Below, piece after piece: positions 1 through 15,300 of a stretch of 64,000 nucleotides of DNA; the first letter of the stretch is position 1, and every line of letters begins with the position of its first letter. The translations under genes and the position numbers were made by a program. The notes beneath the pieces are model-generated. The model was not told the origin of the DNA and searched no databases. It was given only the letters and a program-made list of their open reading frames with translations. The DNA is taken from NCBI GenBank assembly GCA_003344405.1, contig NOWV01000010.1, positions 930,001 through 994,000 on the forward strand, given 5' to 3'. The DNA comes from Trichoplax sp. H2 (taxonomy: Eukaryota).

Positions 1-1765
1 GAATTATTATATTTATCGATGATACAATGATAGGATTATCCATTTTAAATTGAAATACTAAAATGATCTGCTGTATAATTTAAGGATAGATTTCCTCGAT
101 TCGTAAACCATATCATTATTTTGATCCATAATATGATACAGGATTGTTGATTTTGCAATGACACACTAAAGTAACATACAGTACTATGTAATTTTTAGAA
201 TGGATTTTACTTAATTCACTTATTAGATTATTACGTTTACCTATAACATGATTATGGAACTGTCGATTTTAAAGTAGCATGTCAAAATATTGTACTATGC
301 AAAGTTTTAACCTAAGCGTAGGCAGCTTATATAACTGAATCATTACATTTTTGGATAGTATGATTTTTAGAATTTCTTTTTATTAATAAAACAGTTATCT
401 ACAAAAAGAATTTGTAATGTTAATAAGTTATGTTTCTAACATTTGTTTCCATGAAAGTAGAAACCTTTTACTGCACGTATCTTATCGTACAATAGTTACA
501 ATTTATATATATACAGATATTGTCATACCGTAGATATCAGATTAGATATAATTTGAAGTCAATCTTGTATCTGCTTGCTTAATTGAGAATAGAGAGGAAT
601 AGATGGGTTCTGCAATTTCTACAGCGTTGTTAACATTGAACGTCATAAATATAGCAATATTTGACATGGAATAAAATGATATACTAAAGCAGCATTACAA
701 GCAGGATAGTGTGTTATGTTAATAGAAGTTTAGATTTCATTTGTAAATACTTTGTAGTTTTAGGAATAGTTGTATCTCCTTGTTATAATTATTGTTGTAG
801 GATACCATATTTATTGTTCTGTTGTAATTGTATTACTCTAATTGTGTATTATACTGCGTTACGACTATACTTTATGCTGTATATTTATGGGATGTAATCC
901 TTTTACGGACTAAATGTAGCGGTTATGTGTATATTACGCATCTGTCAGTGCTCAGATATAGATATACAACTTATTGTTGGGATGTAATAGTAATACTAAT
1001 AAAATATTATAAACTTTAACTTTTTTACAATTTATACCCAATTAAGACTTACAGTTATAAAGGTTTGAATACGAGTGTATCTAGGAAGGTAACTACCTAG
1101 GCTTCGATTTTAATGTGACGCACAAACATTTAGTATTATGAATAAACATTTCTTGGCTGCTTTAAGATCTTTTCTTAAAATTTCAATGTATTTATTTATT
1201 AAATCTTATAGTAATAGTTGTGAAGATATTATCAGATTATTGTTGAAACAGTATCGGTAATAATAATTTACAATACATGTGAGATAACAATTCGTCATAG
1301 ATTATTTTAGCATCTACGCGTGAGGTGCTAAATCTGCTGATAACACAAATTTTAAATACTATTAATTTATTTCTTAATATTACTACAGAGTGATACAAAT
1401 ATTTGTTACCGACGAAATCGCTTAAGTACTTTAGGTCAACATAACTGAAACCAATTACTAAGTATATTTTGTCAATATCGAACGGAGTAAAATTCTATAA
1501 TTACGAAAGTAATTACAGTTAAAATGTTACTTGCAAAACATAGTACCAATGTGGAGTTATATTAAAGATACCTTTTTAAGGTATAAAATGACATTTAGGA
1601 GTATACGTTCACAATATTAATCTATCATCTCATGATATATAATCGTATCACTCACTAATATTATAGCATCGTATTATCATAACATATCCGCTATTTAGTT
1701 TAAGCAAGTATTACGCAAAGATATGATGGTAGCGTAGCAGTAGTATGATAGCTTAATAGTATCAT

Positions 1766-5016
<3,251 letters not shown>

Positions 5017-5220
5017 TTGTATGCGTGAGCGTGAGTTGTTGTTGTTGTTGTTATGGGAACGTGAATGAAAGTAAGAATATGGACTGTGGTGGAGATCTTG
5101 AGAATAAGGTAAGAAAGAAATGAGAGTAAAGGATTAAAACTGGTCAGGGTTTTGGAGAACTTGTATGGCAAGTTTTTGGGAAAATGAAGAATTGATTGAA
5201 GGATTCATCGTCTTGGCAGG

Positions 5221-5273
5221 ATATTATATAGAGTTTGGATGATTCACTAGAAATTTCCAGTTGCTTCCAGAAG
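5221..5273 (-). promoter_or_regulatory. HSP70 promoter: TATA box plus heat-shock element
   Basis: TATATAA on the minus strand at 5224-5230; in-phase alternating pentamers aGAAa-tTTCc-aGttg-cTTCc-aGAAg at 5249-5273, matching an nGAAn HSF array with one gap unit. Confidence 0.85.
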
Positions 5274-5334
5274 TACTTGCGCTGCGCAGCTAACGCATCA
5301 ACGCTTGAGCGTGACGAAATCCAGTGAAGACATT

Positions 5335-5652
5335 ACAGTACTTTATATCCGACTTGGGAATGACAGTACTGTACACTGTACAGTACTGTAAACAGAGGGT
5401 CTCTAGTGCAGTACAGTACAATGCAATACAGTGCACAGTACATACTGTACAGTACCATACAGTGTACAGTACTGTACACAAAGCTTCGAGCACAAACGGG
5501 AAAGTGCTAGAACATGTCTTGCAACTTGCAGCAGTAGCAGCAAGAGTGATCAGTGACCGACCACTGCTAGCTCTTTGCAGAAAGAGACGCAGTATTGTAC
5601 AATGGACAGTTGGAGCCAGTACTACTGTACCGCTATACTGCACTGTATACTG
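5335..5652. repeat. TA(CAG/CTG)TA-rich array upstream of HSP70
   Basis: e.g. agtactgtacactgtacagtactgta and tacagtgtacagtactgtaca. Confidence 0.85.
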
Positions 5653-6377
5653 CAGCCTTCACCATAGAGGTCAAAATTGAATTTTTACCTGTATGCACTG
5701 CACCTAGTGGCAAAGGGGTACAGGGCACAGTATGAGAATAGACGCTCTATCTGCCACTCACCGTAAACTGACTACTTTCATTTGATTGGATTTCAGCCGT
5801 TGTCACATGACATCAATCTGAGTTGGCAGTGACATCTGACTCCGATCGAAAACGACGTGGCGTCAACAAGTTTATCCGTATCGGTTGTCGCCATAGCGCC
5901 AAGAAACGTTTGCTGATTGGCCTGATCGCCACCATTTTCCCTCGTAGTCTTTTGTTTGAGTTCCATCGACATCGACGCGTCTGGGAACACCTCAACCGGT
6001 TGTGGGCGGTAAGATAATACATGCTAGAAAAATGCGCATCAAATGCCTACTTACTTTTAATAACACTAGCATACATATACAATTATTATGAATAAGTGCT
6101 CGTGCACAAGCACCATCCTGACTCAATCGCCAGCACAATAATGTATATCGTAGTCTCGTCGGGTCGGAAGGGTGATAGCGCGTGTCACTTGCTATGGCAC
6201 CACAGCTCGTCGTGTCTACTCACCCTGACGCCACCGTCTCCAATTGGACATTCCCCAAATACCTAAAAGACGCATGACACCAGATAAAGTTCGACACAAC
6301 TCGATTGATACATGGTTGCAGTGACGCCAGTCAAAGGTCAATCCAAGCCAGGTATTACTCCTAACTCGGCAGTGACG

Positions 6378-6915
6378 AGACAAAATCAAAATTTTCACTA
6401 AGAATTTCCTTGGATCGCATTCTAAAGCCAAAGCGGAATTTTCACTAAGCATTTCCTTGGATCGCATTTTGAGCTTGTTCAATTCCTTTTCATATTGATT
6501 TACTGTTTGCTGCGATCTAAGGTCAAAGTGGAATTTGCGCTAAGCATTTCCTTGGATCGCATTTTGTGCTTGTTCAATTCCTTGTCATATTGATTTACTG
6601 TTTGCTGCGATCTAAAGACAAAATCAGAATTTTCACTAAGCATTTCCTTGGATCGCATTTTTGTGCTTGTTCAATTCCTTGTCATATTGATTTACTGTTT
6701 GCTGCGATCTAAAGTCAAAGCGGAATTTGCGCTAAGCATTTCCTTGGATCGCATTTTGTGCTTGTTCAATTCCTTGTCATATTGATTTACTGTTTGCTGC
6801 GATCTAAAGACAAAATCAGAATTTTCACTAAGCATTTCCTTAGATCGCACTTTTGTCTTTGTTCAATTCCTTGTCATATTGATTTACTGTTTGCTGCGAT
6901 CTAAAGTCAAAGTGG
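6378..6915. repeat. Tandem repeat of about 5.5 units of 95/97 bp forming a 192-bp dimer
   Basis: Unit anchors (CTAA) at 6422, 6517, 6612, 6709, 6804 and 6901; shared core CATTTCCTTGGATCGCATTTT...GATTTACTGTTTGCTGCGATCTAA. Confidence 0.95.
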
Positions 6916-7067
6916 AAAGTGGTGTAATCCTACGCGAAAAGATTCAACTCGTCCAACTGGATGCTGCAAAATTTGTTTTTCACTTTTAGTCAGGTGTTAC
7001 CGCATTTTAGCATCCAATTACTTGCAGGCCTGATTGTAATTTACTTGCTGTCTCCATTTCTAGGTAG

Positions 7068-7233
7068 GCTTCTTCTAGTGAATTTTCATAATCAATCCCC
7101 TAATTAGAGTTAATCCTAGATAGTATTGATGTTTGTTATGCCATTTTAAGAGCTTCTTCTAGTGAATTTTCATAATCAATCACCTAATTAGAGTTAATCC
7201 TAGATAGTATTGATGTTTGTTATGCCATTTTAA
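7068..7233. repeat. Near-perfect 82-bp tandem duplication (7068-7149 and 7152-7233)
   Basis: GCTTCTTCTAGTGAATTTTC...GTTATGCCATTTTAA occurs twice with one mismatch. Confidence 0.95.
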
Positions 7234-7494
7234 TAGCCTATTTGTACTACAGCAAGCTAAGTAATCATGCAATCAATCACTACAGAGGTTGTCATGTTGA
7301 GAAATCATAGCCAAGCTTATTCACAACTGTAGTAATATTGGTAATTTTGGGGTTCTTCTCTACTATTCGACTTCTTGTCGAAGAAGTTGGTTACAATAGG
7401 ATAACGACAAAATGATACACCAAAGTCAAGCGCTATCATCTAACATCTTGTTTTTTTCCGTCATTTGTTGATAGGATCAAAGAAAAGTGAAAAA

Positions 7495-10400
7495 ATGAAA
7501 CATTTTGATATTGGTGCTACATACGAATTCAATATTCACCATATTCAGTCACCTTCTGGTGAAATTTGGGGACATCTGCAAACAAGTGTACAAGATGTTC
7601 GTGAATTATCCCATGTACTCGATTTTTTCTATAGTAAATGTGGTGATAAAATTCCCCCCTTAACTCAGGCTAAAGTTGGTCAACTGTGTTGCGCTAGAAC
7701 CAAACGCTTCGATGATGATGGCTGGGCACGTGGTAAAATTATCCAACTCGATGAAAGTAAGGATAATTTGCGCCTTTTCTTTCAAGATTACGGTCACACC
7801 CAATGGATACCACTAACCAAAGTCAAAATGTTAAAAAATACTTTCAACAATTTACCATCCTTTACTGTTCAAATTAAACCAAGTGATATTACTAAAAGTG
7901 ATTATGCACATGACGAAGAATTAAGTGCGCAATTTTGCCAACAATTAGAAAAATTAATTTTACATCAAAAAATTAAATGTATCGTTGAAAAGATTGAAGA
8001 AACTGATTTACACAAGATATTAGTTGCTCGTATCTACTTAGCAAATGGAAGAAATGAATCTATAGGCTCAATATTGTCTCAGCAGTTACGTCGTATGAGG
8101 TCCACTTTCCAACATATTTTACCCGATTGTAAAGAAGGACAAGATATTGATATCTCTATCTTACACGTTCACAATCCGGGACAATTCTATTGTAGAATAG
8201 CCAGCCAACAGTCACAAGATAATATCAAAATGGATGAATTGGAACGCTGTCTACGACTCTATTATGGTCTTTCTATTTCAACCGATCAAGACTACCCGCT
8301 CCAAGTTGGAGCTGCTTGCGCTGCACCTTTTACTGATCGAAAATGGCATCGAGGCATAATCAAGCAAATTGTATGCGATGATGGTGATAAAGAAGCATTA
8401 GTACAGAGTGTAGATACAGGTGCTTGCGAATTGATTGACAATGGCAAAATTAAAGGATTAGAACCCGAACTTCAAGATATACCGGTCAATATCTTTCAAT
8501 GCCAGCTACACGGTATTAAGCCCAACGATAGCAAATCTACCTGGTCTGTCGATTCCACGCTTTTTTTACAACAGTTAGCTCAAGAACAGAGAATTTGTGG
8601 TCTCGTACGTAGGATATTACATGACAACTCTTCTATAGGAAAGCAACTCTACAGTGTTGAATTGCATCGGCCTGGCGAAAACTTAACTGTAAACGAACAA
8701 ATGATCATGGATGGTTTTGCCGCTTCTAGCTTATCTCGACAAAGTACCCGTAGCATTACATCTCCAGATGAATCTAAGAATTGTAACGATATCGATAATA
8801 GTCAACTAGACGAAAGCAATAATTGCAAGAGTGTTTGTCAATCGAATGCTAGTAAAGTTTCTTTTGGTGATGAAATGTTTGATGTTGATCATAACGAAGA
8901 AAGAAATGCGAAGACTTTGGTAAATAGCCCCAAGTCTAACAGTAAAGTAAATATTGTAGGCAGTTTTAAGCACAATGAGCAAGATCGAAATGACTGCAAA
9001 AAACCTATTACCTACACTAATGGTGAAAATTTACAAGCTAAAAAATACCAAAACAAAAAATGGGAAGCAGTTGCCAAGGAAGAAGATTTGATCAAGCTTG
9101 TCTACGATCGATCTCGTTTAGTAACTTCTGTTGATAATCCTGACGTTATCGTAGCATTTATCAAGGATCCTGGTGAATTTTGGTGTCAGTTTGCTTCTAA
9201 TATTTCCATAATCAATGATATCCAAGCACGTATGAACGAGTATTCCCAACAAAAAAGACTTCGAATACCGAAGGATATCAAATCAGGTGAATGCTACTGC
9301 ACGCGCTTTGACAAAGATGATGTTTGGTATCGAGGAAAAGTTATTGGCAAATTTGGAGACAAAGCTAGTGTTTACTTTATTGACTACGGCAACACAGATT
9401 GGGTGCAATTGAAAGATATCATGGTATTGGAAAATGATTTTCGTCAGCATCCGTGGCAAGCGTTTACTTGCAAATTAGATGGAGTCTGTCCAATTCTTGG
9501 TAGCAGTTGGGGTTCGAAAGCGACAGATCAATTCACGGAAATGGTAACAAGTAAAACATTCTGTATGACCATTAAGACTGAGATTGATGACAAATTATCA
9601 ATTATACTTGTTGATAACGAGTCGAAACAAATTAATAATCGTCTAGTTGAAATTGGTGTGGCTAATAAAGAAACTTACAATCTGCTGAAGAAACAGTTAT
9701 CTTCCACTTACAGTAAAAATTGGAGGAGAACTGACAATGACTACAAGACATCAATGCCAACTATGAAATTTCAACCGTCTATTTCAGCAAGTCATGAAAA
9801 ATTGACTACTACTGATGTGACTGAGCACACTAAGCATAAACAACCTTCGGAATTTAACCATGTCCAGGTATGCTAGCAATATTATCGTTAATATAACTGC
9901 TTGGATATCGATGGATCGTACATGCACGATCATAGAGCATGAATGCATCATGTATAAAGTTTCCCTTATTTATAAAACTCTAGTAATGCGTAGTTTATTT
10001 ATATATCATCTTATAGAAGGTAGAGGAAAGATTAAGTTTGATCGTGGGAAAGAAGACTAGCGTTTGTGTTATGCATGTTGAATCTCCTAACTGTTTCTAT
10101 GCAGTTATACCAAAAATTGACAGCTTTATTGATATGGAAAAGAAATTGCAAGATTTTTGCGCTAACGCAAGTAAGATGTCCACTCGATTTGTGATTGCTA
10201 TTTTGGCAGTAAAAGTCAAGTAATTTTAATGTTGATCTTACAATAGGAAGTCCTGTTTCACCAGACGAATTTTGCCTTGGTAAAATGTACGTTGCCTTTA
10301 GTACCAAGTTTAATAAATGGTGCAGATGCATTCTCACTGACAAAAATGAAAGAGGCGTGATAACTTGCGACGTTTTCTATATTGATTATGGTACGGCCGA

Positions 10401-11316
10401 AAAATCTATCCAAGGCACGAGTTTGAAAATTTTACCTCCTAAATTTCACGAAACTAAAGATCAGGCATTAAAATGCTATTTGACGCCAGCATCGGCTGGA
10501 GAGGATCTTCGAAGTAATTGGCACCCAATGGCATCTTTACAGTTAGAAAATTTGTGCCATGACAAATGGCTCGATGGTACTATTACTCGCGTAGATCAGG
10601 ATGGTAAACTTTTTGGGCTTTCTATTACCATTGCTAATAAAGATAGTCCAACAAAAGATCGAAATGTCTATGACATGCTAAGCAAATTTATTAGATCTGA
10701 TTCTTCTAAGAGTCTCAATATAAGCGCAACTTCAAAGTCTGGGTTAAATAGGTATGTTCACTTTAAAACGTCTTTATAATTTCCAATATAACCAGAGTAA
10801 CTAGCTAGCTAGCTAGCTTTCAATGCTCTTTATACTTAAGTAGTACATTTTTTTAACATAAATTGTATCCTAAAGTGAAACTAACAATAGCTATACAAGT
10901 TCAAAGCTCGGGCAAACATCTGCAATGAGTAGTAAGAAAGGTAATTCCTCTCGTACGAGTTATAACTTTAGATATATGCCTTATCACTTTGTGAGGAATT
11001 TAAAGTAACTTCGGTTAGATGCCCAACATTGACGTTACTGATTTATTTAGGATCTTCAAGATGTGAAAGTGAAGTTGACACGTTAATTTTTGCTGAAGGC
11101 TCCGCATCTAACTCTCGCGAATTGTCAATACCTTTACAGCCCGAAATTATAAGGATTTCTGGAAGGAAAGGTGAACGTGTTCTTATTCCGTCAAAGGTCG
11201 ATTCTACTAGCACTCCAATAACGTCAAACGGGCATAGGAGCCACATAGGCATGAACAATATTAAAAACGGTCTGTCGACGCAAGATCGATTTAGCCGCTT
11301 AGCTTCAGCTGTATAA
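7495..11316 (+). CDS. Multi-Tudor-domain protein (TDRD1/6/15-like, about 4 extended Tudor domains); exons 7495-9867, 10017-10170, 10247-10751, 10876-10940, 11051-11316
   Basis: Tudor signatures WARGKI..FFQDYGHT, WHRGII..VDTG, WYRGKV..YFIDYGNT and WCRCIL..FYIDYGT, each with flanking eTud strands (e.g. PGQFYC, PGEFWCQ, QAFTCKL); all splice phases are compatible. An acceptor at 7473-7474 suggests an upstream exon, so the start is uncertain. Confidence 0.88.
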
Positions 11317-12027
11317 AAATGAGAATCTGTTCGATTTTTACTAAAATGCTTTAAATCTATAACCAGAAAGCGATCTCATCTTATTCCAATTCATCCCTAT
11401 AATTCGCTTAATTATTAAGGCTTTAGTAAATACTTCATTTACGACTCGTTCATTGTGCTAGTGCCAGCGAGATCGATTAATGCCATGCGTTTGCATTGCT
11501 TCGATGTTAGCTTGTAATTTATAGATGCTCTTTTAGACCTGTTCATTTAAATAGTTTTGTTGTATTTTCATGTTATAATACAATATTTAAATAATAATTT
11601 AAAATAGAGTTGGATACAATTACGTTTTGCTTATAATACAAAGATTTTGTTAGTAGTAGCAGTAAATCTCTCTAAACGTGGTGAAATTAGTGTTGGCGCA
11701 CTGGGTTATCTATTGATCTTGCATAGAATTCGCTGTAACGTCTGCTATCAGGAACTATTAAAAGGTACCTTCTCTGTTCCCTTTTAAAAAGCTCTTTGGC
11801 TATGCATATTTTCCACATTATTCATACTGTGCGATGTTTACTGCCCGACTAATGGCTAAATAACTGTTCTTATGTAGGCCTGTTTTCATTCATTATTATT
11901 GTCTTGCTAGTTTTAGCCTTTTTTACGTGAACCGAGGTCATACGAGTACTACAAGTTATCAAACCATTTGATCAATTTACTGGTAGTACGAACGGTATAC
12001 ACTCGTATGTACGTACATTGTACTATT

Positions 12028-12080
12028 AATAATAGCATGCAAAAGCTAAAGCTGTTCTTTAGCTTTTGCATGCTATTATT
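12028..12080. repeat. Perfect 24-bp inverted repeat with a 5-nt loop
   Basis: AATAATAGCATGCAAAAGCTAAAG-ctgtt-CTTTAGCTTTTGCATGCTATTATT. Confidence 0.95.
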
Positions 12081-12319
12081 CTAAAAAGTTTAATTTCAAG
12101 GTACGGATACCCGTTAACTGTTATATCGGCATCACTAGAAGTCATACAGAAGCAGTAAAGAGAATTTCTTTCGACACCGTCATTTTTTATATTTTATTTG
12201 ATGTTCGCAGTACGCAAAGTCGATTCTTAGTTATGTAAATGATAAATTAAGTTGCACCATCGATATTGAATTTGATACGCGCTACATTCAGGAGTCTTGA
12301 TTGGATCATTCGCGTTCAT

Positions 12320-15300
12320 TTATTTAAACTGCATTATGGTAAAAATGTAGAGGTGTAAATGTTAGGGTTATAAATACCTAGGTTATTTGATAGACTGACT
12401 AGAATGAAATCATAATTTAAACCGTAAAATGTACTAAGCTGTAGTAGGATGTTATGGAACAAAAGCGAGAATACTTCTAATATTAACATTTCATTTACCT
12501 TAATGATAATGCCAGCAGCTACGGTATTACTTCCCGATCGTAGAGTTATCCTCCCTAAGGCTTTATTGTCTTTATATAAATCCGCGCAGATAGGTCGAGC
12601 AGTGGTTATTTCAAAAATTGCACTTGTATGCTTCGTGATACATCTATATAGAACAAAAATTTCAGTTGAGATAAAGTGATATAGTTCCAGATCGACCTGA
12701 GAGGTTTACAAGTATCACTGATGTAGATAATACTATATAAACTTCATTTACCATACCTGGGTTTCTTTTTAATGACTTCTCCAGTACTTTTATCTATTAT
12801 GCTAACTAATTTAGTTACGGAAGCTGTCTCAGTAATTGTATGACAATAAAGTAACCCCTATAGAAAATTGATATAAAGTACTGTTAAAGAATTAAAAACT
12901 AAGTGAATAAATGAAAGTTAAGGATTTTTAATCCCAAAAAGAGAACTGACGGTAAATCCAATTGTTATAGGAGTTGGAGGATCAATAACTATCGCTCGAA
13001 CCAATATCTTTCTCGTGACGCTAGCCAGAGATCCGTGAACGCACACCACTGATCCACGGCTGTAAAATATATTCAATTTATAAATTAAATATCCTGCCAA
13101 ATGTAATTTAGATATACGGGCCCATAGAAGAATTCCTACTATACAGTTTATTTTAATATACTATCGATTCAATGACGCTATTTTACCTAACATTATTAAT
13201 ATCGATACCAATGACCGTTAAGTTACTTTGGTCACCCACACAAGTCCAATTTGTAGCTTCGTCATGGAGACTAATTGCTACACAAGTAAGAACTCGTTAA
13301 TACTGTAATCGGTACATTTAATTTATTTCTTTGCTTACATTTTACGTATCCTGCTTTGTTACTTGGTAATACGACTATCTGTTCTCCAATAGCAACTGCA
13401 CCGGACTCAGCTTTACCGCCGATAACAATACCTTGTCCAATTCCTAATAAATTCATTAAATATTAGAAATAAATAAAGCATACGAAATTTTTAAATTTAT
13501 ATTTAAATAATTTGTAAACCTTTATAGACGTCCGACACACAAAGACGAAAAGGTGCATCAAGTGATCGCTGAGGAATTTTAAAGTTATCTATTAAGACAG
13601 CGAACATGTCTTTCAGTACAATTATTATTATTACAACTGCAAATAATAATAACCAGTTACGTTACTGTAATTACAATTTAAGCGTTCAGATAGTAAAAAG
13701 ATTTATACTAACCAATGCAATCTAACAAACTAGGCCCTTTATACCATGTTGTTAAAGCTTGTGTATCAGACGGCTTAACTAAATTTTCCCCAGTTAATCC
13801 ACTGCATGGAACGTATCGAACATCTGATTCCTATATGAATTTATTCATTATTAATTCCATGATATTCAACATTGTATTAAAGCCAGAGTTAACTCTTATC
13901 TAGGGTAAAAAGGCAGCAGAATAGCCTAACCCATTATAAGGATACGTTAATACAAATACAGTCTATAAAATTTAAACGGTACTCTGAGTCACTGATTCTA
14001 GTATAACCAACCTTATATCCTGATTGTTTTAAAAACGGTTTTAATTTTCTAATTATAGTATCATATCTAGATTGAGACCAGTTGACCTAAATAAATTATA
14101 ATACAGCATAAATTTAGCGTAGCAAAATAAGATTTCTCCTATTTAACTATTTATTGGTATAGAACTGCAGCAATATGTACTAACCGTATCTAATTTGTTT
14201 ACAGCAACTAGTAGTTGCGCTACGCCAAGTGATCGAATTAGCATCGCATGTTCACGAGTTTGTCCACCAGCTTCAAAGCCAGCTTCAAATTCGCCTACAG
14301 AGGCATTTACTACAATAATCGCGACATCAGCCTATAAAAAATTATTAATCCATCAAGTCTATCAGAATACCCTTATAAATATTATATATTATCTTTTCTA
14401 ATTATTCCTGCTTGGTTTTTTCGGATTACCTGAGTAGCACCAGTTATAACATTTGGTACGAAATCTTTGTGTCCAGGCGCATCCGATAAAGCTACTTCCT
14501 TAGTTTTGGTTTCAAATTTTGAATGACCAATGTCTATAGTTATTCCTCTATTAAATAATAGGCATCACTTACAATTTATTCTCTGTAAATCATTTTGCTA
14601 TATAATTTAACTAAGCACCGCTTTCTCTCCTCTCCAGTTTCGTCCAATACCCATGCATACGCGAACGAGGATTTACCTATTTTTCTCGACTCAGTCTCAT
14701 ACTTACGGTTTTGTTAAAGAAATTCTGATTTTTATGTAATAAAGCATTCTCTTAAAATTTGATAATGTTGCATTGTTTAAATCTACACACTAAAATCTTA
14801 CAACAGTTTCAAAGTATTTCGATTTGTAAATTAAATTTAATTATTGAACAGTTTTGCTATTGGGGATATTTATGCATCGTTTTCTTATCGACTTGACCAA
14901 GTAGAAGTAAGAGATGTCCCATAAGAGTACTCTTACCAGCATCTACGTGGCCTAAAAAATGAAAGCAAATATCATACATAGTGAATTAAAGACAATACAT
15001 AGATCAAAATTAAATTCGCGATTGGACTATCTTTGGCTTACCAACAACAATAAGGTTAATAACTTCTTTTCCGGATTGCCTTTTTTTCCATTCGTCTTGA
15101 AGATTTATGGCCTATTTTAGGAAGTGACCAATAGTTTATAAATATGAAGACATCAGTGCATTTATAAAGTACCAACCTGTAACTGTTTCGATAAACTACG
15201 AGGCAACTTGGCAACAGGGGTAGCAGTACTCTCCGACTCCTTTGGTGGCGGAGAAGGAGAATTTCTTTACAGATATATAAGAAGTTATATTAGTCATACG

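Noticed and set aside
5290-5680. ORFs rich in YSTV/TVLY/CTV, also at 29538-30174 and 37699-38865
   Set aside because: Artefacts of translating the stop-poor TACWG arrays and the minisatellite on both strands
5695-5713. CTCF-like motif CCACTAGGTGCAG on the minus strand
   Set aside because: Single imperfect short match; cannot be distinguished from chance
6378-6915. CRISPR-like array
   Set aside because: Units repeat along their whole length with no unique spacers, the context is eukaryotic, and there are no cas genes
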